A DNA stretch of 63,943 nt from a virus. Its lineage: Duplodnaviria; Caudoviricetes. Positions 30,327-39,990 of this stretch are shown here, piece after piece; positions within the stretch are counted from its first letter, which is position 1; each line of letters opens with the position of its first letter. The notes beneath the pieces are model-generated. The model was given only the letters and a program-made list of their open reading frames with translations. It had not been told where the DNA came from and did not search any database. Where the stretch lies: positions 1 to 63,943 of the IMG/VR virus record IMGVR_UViG_3300025103_002730; one strand, 5' to 3'. Both the position numbers and the translations under genes were made by a program.

Positions 30327-30454
30327 TGTAATTTCCTCTCCGAATGAGAATAAGTTTTCATTATCTTTTGTCCTTTATTCTTAAAGGTAATAGCTTCGCA
30401 AAAATCGAGAAATTCTTGCTCCTCCATATTACCCTTCATCACATTCACTCGTTT
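30323..30454 (-). pseudogene. C-terminal remnant of an HNH-type homing endonuclease
   Basis: Reads KRVNVMKGNMEEQEFLDFCEAI..., paralleling 'KEINRMKSNLPEGDFLQIIKNI' at the end of ORF 30773-31456. Confidence 0.65.
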
Positions 30455-30456
30455 AA

Positions 30457-30756
30457 TTAGTTCCAACCCCTTCCCCTTTGGTTATCTTCTACCCGGCGAA
30501 CCCTTTTCTCCAATTGTTCCATCATGCCCTGCAACTGTTCGATACTTCGCCTGTTCAATTCGTGACAAACTTTAGCTTTTGTTGCTTCACCCCACTTCTT
30601 TTCGCGTTCTTCGTTGAGTTCAATCATTGTAATGGCGTTTTCTAGAAGATCTGAGATGTAGATCTTATCATGACCAGAGACACAAGAGTCCAACTCTGGC
30701 ATAGATCTCATTACTGTGGCGGCTTGTGCGTAGCGTTCTTTACTGAAGGGTTTCAT
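30457..30756 (-). CDS. Hypothetical protein
   Basis: 99-aa ORF with coiled-coil C-terminus; RBS AAGG. Confidence 0.55.
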   Translation of the reverse strand: MKPFSKERYAQAATVMRSMPELDSCVSGHDKIYISDLLENAITMIELNEEREKKWGEATKAKVCHELNRRSIEQLQGMMEQLEKRVRRVEDNQRGRGWN

Positions 30757-30772
30757 TGTTCAACCTTTAATA

Positions 30773-31456
30773 CTAAAATGATAATATTAACTCCTTATAT
30801 TCTGCAATATTCTTGATTATCTGCAAGAAATCGCCCTCCGGTAGATTTGACTTCATTCTATTAATCTCTTTATGTACCCACTGTACGTTTCCCGACACGT
30901 ACCCCTTACTGCTGTCTATTCTATCTAAAGAGGCTGTAGAGTCCCCCTTCTGCTTCCTAGTCTTCGGAAAGAAAATTGGCTGACCGGAATAAGCACATAG
31001 ACCATTCTGATCAAGGTATTTAGCCCAAGCATATTCCATGGTTATATCAAATTCTAACATTCTTTTTTCAGCACCCTTGGTGTACTGACCCCAGTGGCTT
31101 GCTTGAATCTCTTCATAACCCCTAAAGTTTGGGTGAGACGACCCTCTTTTCCTTGAGTTACAACCACAGCTTTTCGTGTTTCCGCTAGTTAAAGAGTGAT
31201 TTAGTACAGGTATTTTGTTTCCACAATCACAAACACAATTCAGAATCGCGTGCGAATATTCATCCCTACCGTGTACGCTGATGACCATGAGGGAGCCAAA
31301 TTTTTTACCTATCCACCTTCTCTCTGGGGTTTTTGATATACCCCACTTCTTCATCCTTTGGGACACGCAAGCCTCGCTCAGATTAAATTCCTTGGCTACC
31401 TCGCGTTGTGTCTTCCCCTCAGTGTAAATCATTGCTTGTAAAGTCTCTTTGTTCAT
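30773..31456 (-). CDS. HTH + HNH-type homing endonuclease
   Basis: HTH, 'CVCDCG...TKSCGC', 'CAYSG...SLDRIDSSKGYVSGNVQWVHKEINRMK'. Confidence 0.85.
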   Translation of the reverse strand: MNKETLQAMIYTEGKTQREVAKEFNLSEACVSQRMKKWGISKTPERRWIGKKFGSLMVISVHGRDEYSHAILNCVCDCGNKIPVLNHSLTSGNTKSCGCNSRKRGSSHPNFRGYEEIQASHWGQYTKGAEKRMLEFDITMEYAWAKYLDQNGLCAYSGQPIFFPKTRKQKGDSTASLDRIDSSKGYVSGNVQWVHKEINRMKSNLPEGDFLQIIKNIAEYKELILSF

Positions 31457-31497
31457 AGTATGTCTCCAGTAGAGTTAAAATTGACATACTATTATAC

Positions 31498-33153
31498 TCA
31501 ATTTCCTATTAATTCCCTCACATACATCAATTTATCTAGGAGATTTATCCCGAGAACATCGAATTTCACATGTCCTAGTGCCTCTAGGTCGTTCATTTCA
31601 AGACCGGCAATCTTCTCGCCTCCACTTTTCTGGTTAACCATAGGGCATACCTCGTGAAGCGGTAGAGCAGAGATCACAACACCAGCGGCGTGCTTACCCT
31701 GTGTCTTGAAGGTTCCCTCAAGATCAATAGCTTGTTGGAAGTATTCAGCATAGTCACCGTGCAGTACACCTTCATCGTCAATATAGCAGTAGTCCCTAAG
31801 GTCGTCTGCATTATTCAGAAGTGCCCACCGGATTATAGAGCGATCCTCTTCGTCCATTAGTGCTAACTGGTCGGATATAGCGGCCTCGTCAGGTATGTAC
31901 TTGGTAATGTAGTTCATCTCACCAAACCCACAGGCTTCGTTCACACGTAGAATCTCTTTGATTGCACTGCGACCCTGTAGCCTACCAAAAGTACACATTT
32001 GGCTAACGTTCTCGGCACCATACCTGTTCTTCAACTCCTGAATGATTTCATCACGCTTACCCGTAGGAACGTCCATGTCAATATCGGGTAGGGACACATG
32101 ATCTTCTGTGTTACGACCGTCGTTGTAGAAACGCTCAAAGATAAGAGCAAACTCAATAGGGTCGATCATGGTGATCTTCATGAGGTAGGAGATCAGACAC
32201 CCAGCAGCAGACCCTCTCCCCGGACCAACCATCCAGCCGTTACTACGGCAGAAGTTGAGAATATCCCAAACGATAAGGAAGTAACCTGAGAGATTAGCAT
32301 TCTCTATAACCTTGAGTTCTCTGTCGTAGCGTGCCCTGTATTCTACACAGTTATCAGATGTAATAGTGCCGTCTTTCTCTAGCTCCAACCAGCCCTCTTT
32401 ACACAATTCTACCAGATACTCACCTTCGCTGTAACCAACAGGACAGGGGAATTTAGGAAGCATTGGCTTACTGAGGATATTGTAGTTCTCACACTTGTCA
32501 AAGATCTCATCGAAGATATCCATCTTAGGATCATCCACTAGAATCTGTGCGGCCTCCATCCTGTCTTTTATGTAGAATTCGCTACACTCGAAGAACATCT
32601 GGTAGTCAGTAATGTCAGTGTTGTTTCGGATCAGTTGGAGACCGGGGATGACGTATATCCGCTTTACTTGTGACATAGTCTTCTTTAGGTGACCACATAT
32701 CAAAACCCTGTGCAGTTCAGCTTGATCTCTCTCTACGTAATACGTATTTGGGAAAGCAGAACTCTTCTGATAGAAGTCTTCACCTGAGATTGGTGAGACA
32801 GAGGGATCTCTAGCCAGACAGATTAGGTTACCCTGATTAGCCAGCTTGACCAATAGCCCAGTGTCAACATTTCCCCTGTCGTCGAGGGTGGACACGATGC
32901 GGATTAGTTCCAACCAACCTTCTTTGTTCTTAGCAAAGAGGGTGAAACCATCAAACGTACAACCAATGATTGGCTTGATATCGTTCGCTATGCAGGCTTG
33001 GTAAAAAGAAACGGCTCCGGAGATTGACTTGTAATCAGCTATCCCGCAGGCCCGATAAGAATTCTCTGAGCATTTTTTAGCTAGTTGTTTGGGCTTTGAG
33101 AAGGCTCGCTGTAGAGAATAGTGCGTGTAATTGCACAACGGAAACCACTTCAT
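31498..33153 (-). CDS. dnaE: DNA polymerase III alpha subunit, N-terminal half (PHP + palm/thumb)
   Basis: PHP 'HYS...IKPIIG', 'GPGRGSAAG', 'FERF', catalytic 'PDIDMD', 'GKHAAGVVI', 'VKFDVLG'. Confidence 0.92.
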   Translation of the reverse strand: MKWFPLCNYTHYSLQRAFSKPKQLAKKCSENSYRACGIADYKSISGAVSFYQACIANDIKPIIGCTFDGFTLFAKNKEGWLELIRIVSTLDDRGNVDTGLLVKLANQGNLICLARDPSVSPISGEDFYQKSSAFPNTYYVERDQAELHRVLICGHLKKTMSQVKRIYVIPGLQLIRNNTDITDYQMFFECSEFYIKDRMEAAQILVDDPKMDIFDEIFDKCENYNILSKPMLPKFPCPVGYSEGEYLVELCKEGWLELEKDGTITSDNCVEYRARYDRELKVIENANLSGYFLIVWDILNFCRSNGWMVGPGRGSAAGCLISYLMKITMIDPIEFALIFERFYNDGRNTEDHVSLPDIDMDVPTGKRDEIIQELKNRYGAENVSQMCTFGRLQGRSAIKEILRVNEACGFGEMNYITKYIPDEAAISDQLALMDEEDRSIIRWALLNNADDLRDYCYIDDEGVLHGDYAEYFQQAIDLEGTFKTQGKHAAGVVISALPLHEVCPMVNQKSGGEKIAGLEMNDLEALGHVKFDVLGINLLDKLMYVRELIGN

Positions 33154-33194
33154 ATCTTGTCCTTGTTAGTGTCCTAATTCCTGTCTTCTCCTTT

Positions 33195-33222
33195 ATTATA
33201 GTCCAGAATCTCTGAATGTAAA
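33195..33222 (-). promoter_or_regulatory. Sigma-70-type promoter upstream of dnaE-N
   Basis: TTTACA-16 nt-TATAAT on the - strand. Confidence 0.5.
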
Positions 33223-33288
33223 GGGTTACTTTGAGCGATTCTTGATTTTTCTGATAATTTCTGGCCGTACGATACAACGGAGACAAAA

Positions 33289-34029
33289 TCAAGCATGTTC
33301 AAAAAAATACCCAAACCTGTCTATGTCTACAGAGTGTGTGTTTTCGACTAGTTTGATCGTCTCGTTATCATAGTAATGAGAATAATGAAGGTGGGTACTT
33401 TGATTCATTGGCGACAATTTAATATCCAGGTAACTTTCTATCTTATCAAGTTGTTCATATTTGAACCACACTACCCCTCCGGGGTGACGCTCGTTAACCC
33501 AATACATACATGGTTCAGTGGAAGTATCTTTGTAATCCTTTAAAAATTTATGAAACCCCTTGGTTATTACCTCTATGTTTAAATCGTTAGCCCATTTGCG
33601 GATCCCATCTTTATTACTTAGTTCTTCCACAGACGACGGGCTGTCTATAATCTTCCACGTCCTTTGTATATAAAAACAAAACAGGGATAACATTCTTTCC
33701 CAAGGATTTCTTGACACAGCAATCAATTCATAATCATTAAATTCGTCAGGTAGTGATCTACTGTTCTGATGCCAAGATTCGTCTGGTTTTCTTATACTAT
33801 CCCACCCCTGATTAGATTCCATCAAAGCCCAATGAATTGACGTACACGCAGTTTTTGGAATGCGTATAAAAATCATCTTTTTGTCTCTATTTACTAACAT
33901 AGTACTCCAACATTTTTTTTCGTAATTGCTTGTGTTTTTCTTGGTCTCCATACCAAACTTTTCCCGAAAGGTTATGTTCACTGACACGATAAAAGACAAT
34001 GATATCTGATAAATTCCTAATCTGAACAC
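33289..34029 (-). CDS. Sulfotransferase family 2 protein
   Basis: 5'-PSB 'IFIRIPKTACTSI', 3'-PB 'RNPWERMLS', C-terminal 'DIDRFGY'. True start is probably MLVNR near 33900. Confidence 0.8.
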   Translation of the reverse strand: MFRLGIYQISLSFIVSVNITFREKFGMETKKNTSNYEKKCWSTMLVNRDKKMIFIRIPKTACTSIHWALMESNQGWDSIRKPDESWHQNSRSLPDEFNDYELIAVSRNPWERMLSLFCFYIQRTWKIIDSPSSVEELSNKDGIRKWANDLNIEVITKGFHKFLKDYKDTSTEPCMYWVNERHPGGVVWFKYEQLDKIESYLDIKLSPMNQSTHLHYSHYYDNETIKLVENTHSVDIDRFGYFFEHA

Positions 34030-34663
34030 CTCTCATTGCGTTGATACTGTAGAAAATTAAATCGCCGTACACATTCCTATCGAGACCTGACTCGTCTTGA
34101 ATTTTTCTTATCAAACCGGCGTCAAACTCATCTACGACAGAGCGTCTCATGGCCGTTGAGGGGTTGTTTATAACCCACGATTTGGATAAAATGTACTGGT
34201 TTACATTGTAGGGATGTGAAGTAACCCCTTCACAATCCGGAGCGTTCATATCAATGAATGGTGATGTTCGATCAACAAACCTTTGTATTTGACCTCCTAC
34301 TATTCCTATGTCTTTATTTGTGTCTAAGAAAGCAATCTGTTTCTCTATTCTGTTGGGCGTCATTATATCGTCGCCATCCATAAACACCAGAAACTCACAA
34401 TCTTTGTCTAAAAATTTTTTCGCAAAAAGTCTAGCTGAGTCACACCCAAGGTTTTGCTCCGTCCTGACCAGTTGAATATTTTGACTAACAATTGATTCAA
34501 GAAATTTAATTGTCTCTAAGTTGATACTGCAATCATCTACAATAATAAGTTTCCAATGTTTATAAGTTTGGCTTTGAATACTCTGGATCGCCTCTTTTAA
34601 CCAAAGAACATTCGTATTGTGTACTGGCATAGCAATATTCACAATCATAATATCTTGTTCCAC
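33887..34663 (-). CDS. Glycosyltransferase family 2
   Basis: 'AMPVHN...SIQSQTY...VDDCS', 'FMDGDD', 'RIEKQ'. Confidence 0.88.
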   Translation of the reverse strand: MEQDIMIVNIAMPVHNTNVLWLKEAIQSIQSQTYKHWKLIIVDDCSINLETIKFLESIVSQNIQLVRTEQNLGCDSARLFAKKFLDKDCEFLVFMDGDDIMTPNRIEKQIAFLDTNKDIGIVGGQIQRFVDRTSPFIDMNAPDCEGVTSHPYNVNQYILSKSWVINNPSTAMRRSVVDEFDAGLIRKIQDESGLDRNVYGDLIFYSINAMRGVQIRNLSDIIVFYRVSEHNLSGKVWYGDQEKHKQLRKKMLEYYVSK

Positions 34664-36615
34664 TCTACTTTGAAATTTTCAATAGAAAAATTTTCTCGAA
34701 TGTAGTCTCTATTTTTTGCTTCTTTTGTTGTCTCCTCGCACGACCTTATCGCTTTGGCCCACTCTGTTGCGTGAGATTTATATCTTACAATGGAGTCAGA
34801 AAACATACCTACGCCAACGGGGTGAGAAACTGTTGGTATACCATGTGCAATACCTTCCGCTACGGATAAACCGAAAGATTCGTCATAAGATGTAGATAAA
34901 GATAAAGAGCACGTTTTGAATAATTGTGAAACATCTTCTACGTGCCCGTAATAGAACACATTTTGTATACTGTCACTTAAAATCCTATGGTTGACCAAAT
35001 CTCTTGCTTCTTGATCGAAGTATTGCTCTAACCAACTACCAGCTATATGGAAATTAAAATCTGGTAAACAGTTAATAATATCGGCAAGGACTTGGACACC
35101 CTTATATTTCTCTATCCTATGATGCCACAGGATATTTTTTGGGACCGGCCTTCTTTTTAATTCTTTATCGAAGAATACTGGTGGAGGTATACATATACCG
35201 TTATAATGTTTTGCAACAGTCTTGTCCACAAACACACTAACGTCTGGTTTGAGAATATCAATTAATATATCGTGCAGTCGGTTATGTCTAAATCCAGAGT
35301 GAGATACGTATATTATCTTCTTATTGAGTGGATTATCTCTCATGAACATTGGCAATGATTCATTTAAATAGTATGCCCAATAGATGATAATATCAGATTT
35401 TACATAAACTTCTTCCATTTCTTCTTCAGAATAACCAGTCGTCATACCCGTTTCAAGGTTATGGAACTGGGGAGGGTTCGCCAGTGGTACTATACCAGTA
35501 ATATCATCACTAAAACATTGTGCAAAAAGTTTCATCCACGTAAGGGCACCTCCGGGGGCTATTTCACCTTGAATTAGACCTATTTTGTTTGATTTAAAAG
35601 TGTTCGACTTTAGATTATTTAAATCGCTTGGTTGCCAGATCGGCTCTATATTTTGGTAAGAGTTTTCATACCTTTGAGGCTCTATTGGACAAAAATCCCC
35701 TAAAGATATTTGTGACAGAACGGCCTCTCTAGTTTCTTGGTCCCTCAAAGAATTTACATGTATAAAATAAGCCTCTGAGGAATTGTACCAGAAACCATCT
35801 TCACAAGTGAATAGACAGTTCCACTTGAAGTCAAGTGGGTTAAAAACATCTTCGCCATAAACTAAAAGGGTCAAATAATTCTGGTCAAAGCACCACTGCT
35901 TAGGATATGTATCTGTGGGCTGTTGGTAGTATTTTGCACAAGACTTTGGTATAACCAAAACGCCCCCATTAATCATTACCTTGGGGTAAATTGTTCTACC
36001 ATTATCTAAAAATTTTTCTGCCTGCTTGTCTGTTAGAGTCTTTCTTATTATTATGTCCTGCTCTCGTTCAATCCAACTGTAATCTTTTTGCGACCAGATG
36101 CGATATTCATCAAAGCCAGATATTTTATCATCTGGTGTTATCTCAAAGATATTTGGTGCTTTATCAGATACAAGTATATCACAATCTAAATACAATGTTT
36201 TTTCGTATATAGAAGTTACTTGTCTTACTCTATACTTGTTAGCCATAGGCCAATCTGGATGTTGATCTCCAGTTAGCTCTATGTAATCTGCACCGCATTC
36301 TTGTGCGTATTCTTTGATTCTCTGACGTGTTACTCTGAGTAGTTTCCTAGCTGCCTCGTTAGCTGGAATGACGCATATAGCTAATGTACTTTTGGGTTCT
36401 GGAATATCATCATAAAAATCAATAGTGCTAACTCTATGTTCCGACGTACTCAAACTAAGCACACCCCTACTCTTAGATGGTCGTAGATATTTTTCCCTCT
36501 CTGCTTGAGATGTATCTTGGCACCACTTCCAGTTAGGCGGTATTACACCCATCTCTTTTTTAAAGACCTTACACCAACCCGGACTAGAGCATTGACACTT
36601 GGACAAATCATTCAT
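34645..36615 (-). CDS. Fused GT8-like (GT-A) + GT4 (GT-B) glycosyltransferase
   Basis: 'LYLDCDI', 'INGGV', 'DQNYL', 'WN' (GT8-like), followed by 'ESFGLSVAEGIAHGIP' (GT4). Confidence 0.8.
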   Translation of the reverse strand: MNDLSKCQCSSPGWCKVFKKEMGVIPPNWKWCQDTSQAEREKYLRPSKSRGVLSLSTSEHRVSTIDFYDDIPEPKSTLAICVIPANEAARKLLRVTRQRIKEYAQECGADYIELTGDQHPDWPMANKYRVRQVTSIYEKTLYLDCDILVSDKAPNIFEITPDDKISGFDEYRIWSQKDYSWIEREQDIIIRKTLTDKQAEKFLDNGRTIYPKVMINGGVLVIPKSCAKYYQQPTDTYPKQWCFDQNYLTLLVYGEDVFNPLDFKWNCLFTCEDGFWYNSSEAYFIHVNSLRDQETREAVLSQISLGDFCPIEPQRYENSYQNIEPIWQPSDLNNLKSNTFKSNKIGLIQGEIAPGGALTWMKLFAQCFSDDITGIVPLANPPQFHNLETGMTTGYSEEEMEEVYVKSDIIIYWAYYLNESLPMFMRDNPLNKKIIYVSHSGFRHNRLHDILIDILKPDVSVFVDKTVAKHYNGICIPPPVFFDKELKRRPVPKNILWHHRIEKYKGVQVLADIINCLPDFNFHIAGSWLEQYFDQEARDLVNHRILSDSIQNVFYYGHVEDVSQLFKTCSLSLSTSYDESFGLSVAEGIAHGIPTVSHPVGVGMFSDSIVRYKSHATEWAKAIRSCEETTKEAKNRDYIRENFSIENFKVEWNKIL

Positions 36616-36687
36616 TAATAATCACCTTATAGGAATTGGTGTCCGACCGTTCTTTTTGTAGAAAGTCCGTCTTACACTTATTAGATT

Positions 36688-37728
36688 CTATCCGGGACTT
36701 TCGTAAAAACCTATGTCAAATCCGGGTCTGGTACATTTCTTGACGGTCTCTTCCATTCCGTGTTCTTTTATGTGTTTCTCTATAAATAGACACATATTTT
36801 CATCAGTTCCCTCCCAATTAGTCTTACAATAGTGGCACATTCTCGTACATTTGAAAGACCTACGACTGGGGTCCATTAGCTTAGGACTAGTGTTTTTCTT
36901 GATTTCCTCGAATCTCTTCTTGAGCATCCCCAGAAATCGCTCCTCATCGCTCTTATCGAAGCACATACTGAAGGGTTTTGGGTCCATTTCTCCCTCGGTA
37001 TCCTTGCAGAAGAAGATGCTCATGATCCGATTCAGATAGTCTGGGTACAACTTGGAGATAGCATAGAAGTAGAGCAACAACTGAGGGTCACTACTTAACT
37101 TTTTGAAGTCTTTTTCTTCCCCAGTAGCCCAGTTCATACGTCGCCCGGTCTTCCAGTCAATAACCTCGATGGTTTCGTCATTAACCAGAGTCACAAGGTC
37201 AATGGTGCCCTTGATAGCAAGCTGACCCTTCACCATTTTACCATCAATCTCATACTCAAACTTTGCCCAGTCTTCTTCAATAGGAATATCAAAGTGAGGC
37301 TCAGGATGATGGATGTTGCGGAGGCGTGGGTCGAACTGACCGCCGTTCTGCCTAATGAACATGTAGACGGAACGCTTTACTTCTTTCAGGTCTCTCGGGT
37401 ACCACTTATGATCCGTCATCTTTAACTTATAACACTCAAAACTTAACTCACACAACTCATCCAAAAGATCGTCGGTGAGCAATCTGTTCTTATCAATTTT
37501 TACTTTACCGCAGGCATCATCTTCAACTACCAGAAACTTGTTCTTGGGTTTGTCCTGTTGGAATTTCTTCAGCCCAGAAAGGATCTCCATAACCTTGTGG
37601 GCCATCGTCCCCATGTCGGCACGCTTATTACTCTTAGACGGCCAGCCTAGGTTGTAAGTGATGAAATACTGCATTTGGCAGTAGTCAAAGTTGGTATAGC
37701 TGCTCGACCTGATGTACGTAACGATCAA
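36688..37728 (-). CDS. PD-(D/E)XK exonuclease (RecB/Cas4-like)
   Basis: 'GTMAHKVME', 'IKGTIDLV...IDWKTG', 'QLLLY', C-terminal CxxxCxxC. Confidence 0.85.
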   Translation of the reverse strand: MIVTYIRSSSYTNFDYCQMQYFITYNLGWPSKSNKRADMGTMAHKVMEILSGLKKFQQDKPKNKFLVVEDDACGKVKIDKNRLLTDDLLDELCELSFECYKLKMTDHKWYPRDLKEVKRSVYMFIRQNGGQFDPRLRNIHHPEPHFDIPIEEDWAKFEYEIDGKMVKGQLAIKGTIDLVTLVNDETIEVIDWKTGRRMNWATGEEKDFKKLSSDPQLLLYFYAISKLYPDYLNRIMSIFFCKDTEGEMDPKPFSMCFDKSDEERFLGMLKKRFEEIKKNTSPKLMDPSRRSFKCTRMCHYCKTNWEGTDENMCLFIEKHIKEHGMEETVKKCTRPGFDIGFYESPG

Positions 37729-37730
37729 GA

Positions 37731-38600
37731 TTATCTCCTAAATAATTGCTTGACTGACTCAACAAGGTGATCAACACTCTTGTCAGCGTTGTCAATAACG
37801 GTCTTGAATGGGTAATCATCTAACGCCGTTTCGCTTGAGTGCTTGTCGTCGCTAAAGGGGACTCGGTTCAACCTCCACAGGTCTCCACCGATTTTTGTTA
37901 TTGCTTCTGCCTCATTGGGGAAACGGATATCCGCAATGATGGCAAGTTCTGATTGTTCTTGTTGAATTCTCTTAATACAGGAGTTGATCCAAATAGGACC
38001 GTACATCTTACGCATCACGTCAGTTCCGAGGAACTGCATGAATTCTCTGGCGGTCATTGGGCCGGGTTTGTGAATTAAAAATAACCCATCGTCAAACGAT
38101 AGTATACCTTCGAACTTACGCTTGATAAACTCCTCATCAGTAACACTAGGAGTTAACATGTCAACGCAGTTGTAACCACCAGACGTTTCATTAAACAGAA
38201 AATTAGCCTCCTGAGGCACGATAACCCCCAGCATATTCTCCCAAAGAAGATGCTCCTGAAGAGTATTCTTCTGGTCGTCAGTTCCCCAAACGCATCCATG
38301 AGGAATCTCAAATAGCTCAACACACATTTGCTTGAGACTATCAGCGAAACTGTACAGCTTCACATAGGGCCACAGATTCAACTCTGCGTACTCTACGAAT
38401 TCCCTGTCCTTGCGGGTAATGTCAAAACCGCCCCACCCCAAATTTCCGAAGGTGTCGTGGGTTAGAACGTTAAGGTCTCCCTCAGCCCCAATATTCCAAT
38501 CTTCTGCCAACCCATATTTCTGGAGAACCAGACCATTGAGGATATTAGCAGTTGTGTTCTTACCAGCCTGCTTCCTACCTGAGATACCAATAACCTTCAT
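37731..38600 (-). CDS. Deoxynucleoside monophosphate kinase
   Basis: 'GRKQAGKNT', 'SFADSLK', 'TAREFMQFLGTDVMR', 'DIRFPNE', 'HSSETALD'. Confidence 0.88.
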   Translation of the reverse strand: MKVIGISGRKQAGKNTTANILNGLVLQKYGLAEDWNIGAEGDLNVLTHDTFGNLGWGGFDITRKDREFVEYAELNLWPYVKLYSFADSLKQMCVELFEIPHGCVWGTDDQKNTLQEHLLWENMLGVIVPQEANFLFNETSGGYNCVDMLTPSVTDEEFIKRKFEGILSFDDGLFLIHKPGPMTAREFMQFLGTDVMRKMYGPIWINSCIKRIQQEQSELAIIADIRFPNEAEAITKIGGDLWRLNRVPFSDDKHSSETALDDYPFKTVIDNADKSVDHLVESVKQLFRR

Positions 38601-39619
38601 TAATACAATCCCCTTAGTCCTGATAGAATGTTGTCTTGAATGTTCTCCACAAATAAGTTCCCCAAGTCTTTGGAGTGCATCTGCGGAAAGGTGAGTGTGA
38701 ATAAACGACCGAAATCTCTCTTGATCTTGATCTTACCTTCTCTGCCCGCTGAGTCGTTATCTGTGAGGATTACGAGATTGGTAATCCCGCTGGTCAGCAA
38801 CAGCCTCTTCTGCTGCTCTGATACCGACTTGCCAAACAGCCCGACGCAATTTACAACGCCAGCCTCAAACATTTTCCATACGTCACCCTGACCCTCTACA
38901 ATGAAAAGGGTTCGGGTTTCCAACGCACGCTCAATAGCACGGTCCCAGTTATAGCAATAGTCAGTCTTCCTAAGACCACTTGAAAACAAGTACTTAGGCT
39001 GTAACCACTGCTCTGTGGATCTGGCGATGTATCCCATCTGTTTTCTCTTGAAATAGATAGGGATTATGGAGCGAAACTTCATGGGCGAACGTTTGTCGTC
39101 ACAGTCTTCCACTCCAAACACCTTGAGGGTCTCTGGCTTGAACCCACGAGCCTCGAAATAGGGTGAGCGACCGCAAGTGCTAACTTTATCGAACGTGCTC
39201 TCTGTGAGGGTCTGAGAGGGCTTATTGAAGATCTTGTTCAAATTGGTAAGGTGGTGGAACCTAACCTGCTTAGACTCAAAACCCTGAGCATCATTTATGT
39301 TATAGATCTGAGAAATAACCCTCAGAACATCACCAAAAGAGTCTGTGTCCAGAAGACCCTTAATAAAGCCAAAGATATCACTACCATAATGATCGTGACA
39401 CCCACGAGTCCAACACTTCCAAACCTTGAACTTGGGAGAGATTGAGCATCCGTTACGGTTGTCGCTGCCTTCGTGGATAGGGCAGCACATGAAGATGTTG
39501 TCGCCATCCTGATCATACTTTAAGTTGAAGTTATCTAACAACTTGTAAACATCGTCGAAGATAATATCCTTGACCTTCTCTAGGTTTAATCTCTTATCCG
39601 ACGTGTTTGTTGTATTCAT
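38600..39619 (-). CDS. dnaG: DNA primase (Zn finger + TOPRIM)
   Basis: 'CCPIH...WKCWTRGC' Zn finger, 'PKYL', 'VEGQGD', 'TDNDSAG'. Confidence 0.85.
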   Translation of the reverse strand: MNTTNTSDKRLNLEKVKDIIFDDVYKLLDNFNLKYDQDGDNIFMCCPIHEGSDNRNGCSISPKFKVWKCWTRGCHDHYGSDIFGFIKGLLDTDSFGDVLRVISQIYNINDAQGFESKQVRFHHLTNLNKIFNKPSQTLTESTFDKVSTCGRSPYFEARGFKPETLKVFGVEDCDDKRSPMKFRSIIPIYFKRKQMGYIARSTEQWLQPKYLFSSGLRKTDYCYNWDRAIERALETRTLFIVEGQGDVWKMFEAGVVNCVGLFGKSVSEQQKRLLLTSGITNLVILTDNDSAGREGKIKIKRDFGRLFTLTFPQMHSKDLGNLFVENIQDNILSGLRGLY

Positions 39620-39751
39620 ACCAGAGCAACCCTGTATTTGCTAGTGCGTAGGAAAACCACGTTAAAGCGTGTGGATAATCACCATGTCGGAAGTTATCTC
39701 AGCACAAATCAGGCATAGGAATGAGGCAGCGGCTATTGCGTAGATTGACAT
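39594..39751 (-). pseudogene. Frameshifted small two-TM membrane protein
   Basis: MSIYAIAAASFLCLICA continues after a one-base shift as DNFRHGDYPHALTWFSYALANTGLLWYEYNKHVG*. Confidence 0.55.
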
Positions 39752-39990
39752 TCATCTCTCCAACTATTTGCCGCTTCTTGTACTTTGTTTATTACGTCGT
39801 TGAAAAAGTCCGCAAACTCATCCTGAGCCATATATTGTACTAGACCATCAGCCACATACCTCCATCTCTTAGTGCCTTTGTGGTCTACGTTAATCGCACC
39901 CCCAAGTACGTCATCTATTAATGTTTCGTTCATCTTTCCCCCTCGTCTGTGGTGGCATGTAGCCAAAAATATGTCCGCAAATAAACCCAA
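39733..39990 (-). CDS. Hypothetical protein
   Basis: Likely start MNETL at 39933 after the RBS GAGGGG. Confidence 0.5.
   Translation of the reverse strand: MGLFADIFLATCHHRRGGKMNETLIDDVLGGAINVDHKGTKRWRYVADGLVQYMAQDEFADFFNDVINKVQEAANSWRDECQSTQ

Noticed and set aside
29346-31497. Group I intron or split intein joining the dnaE halves
   Set aside because: The gap is filled with independent ORFs that have RBSs; no intein N-/C-terminal motifs or intron core recognised. Judged by eye only.
33077-33292. 71-aa - strand ORF between the sulfotransferase and dnaE-N
   Set aside because: TTG start, spans a promoter and overlaps dnaE out of frame; probably spurious.
36688-37728. Cas4-like nuclease suggesting a CRISPR system
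   Set aside because: No repeat-spacer array or other cas genes seen in the window; context fits a phage replication exonuclease.
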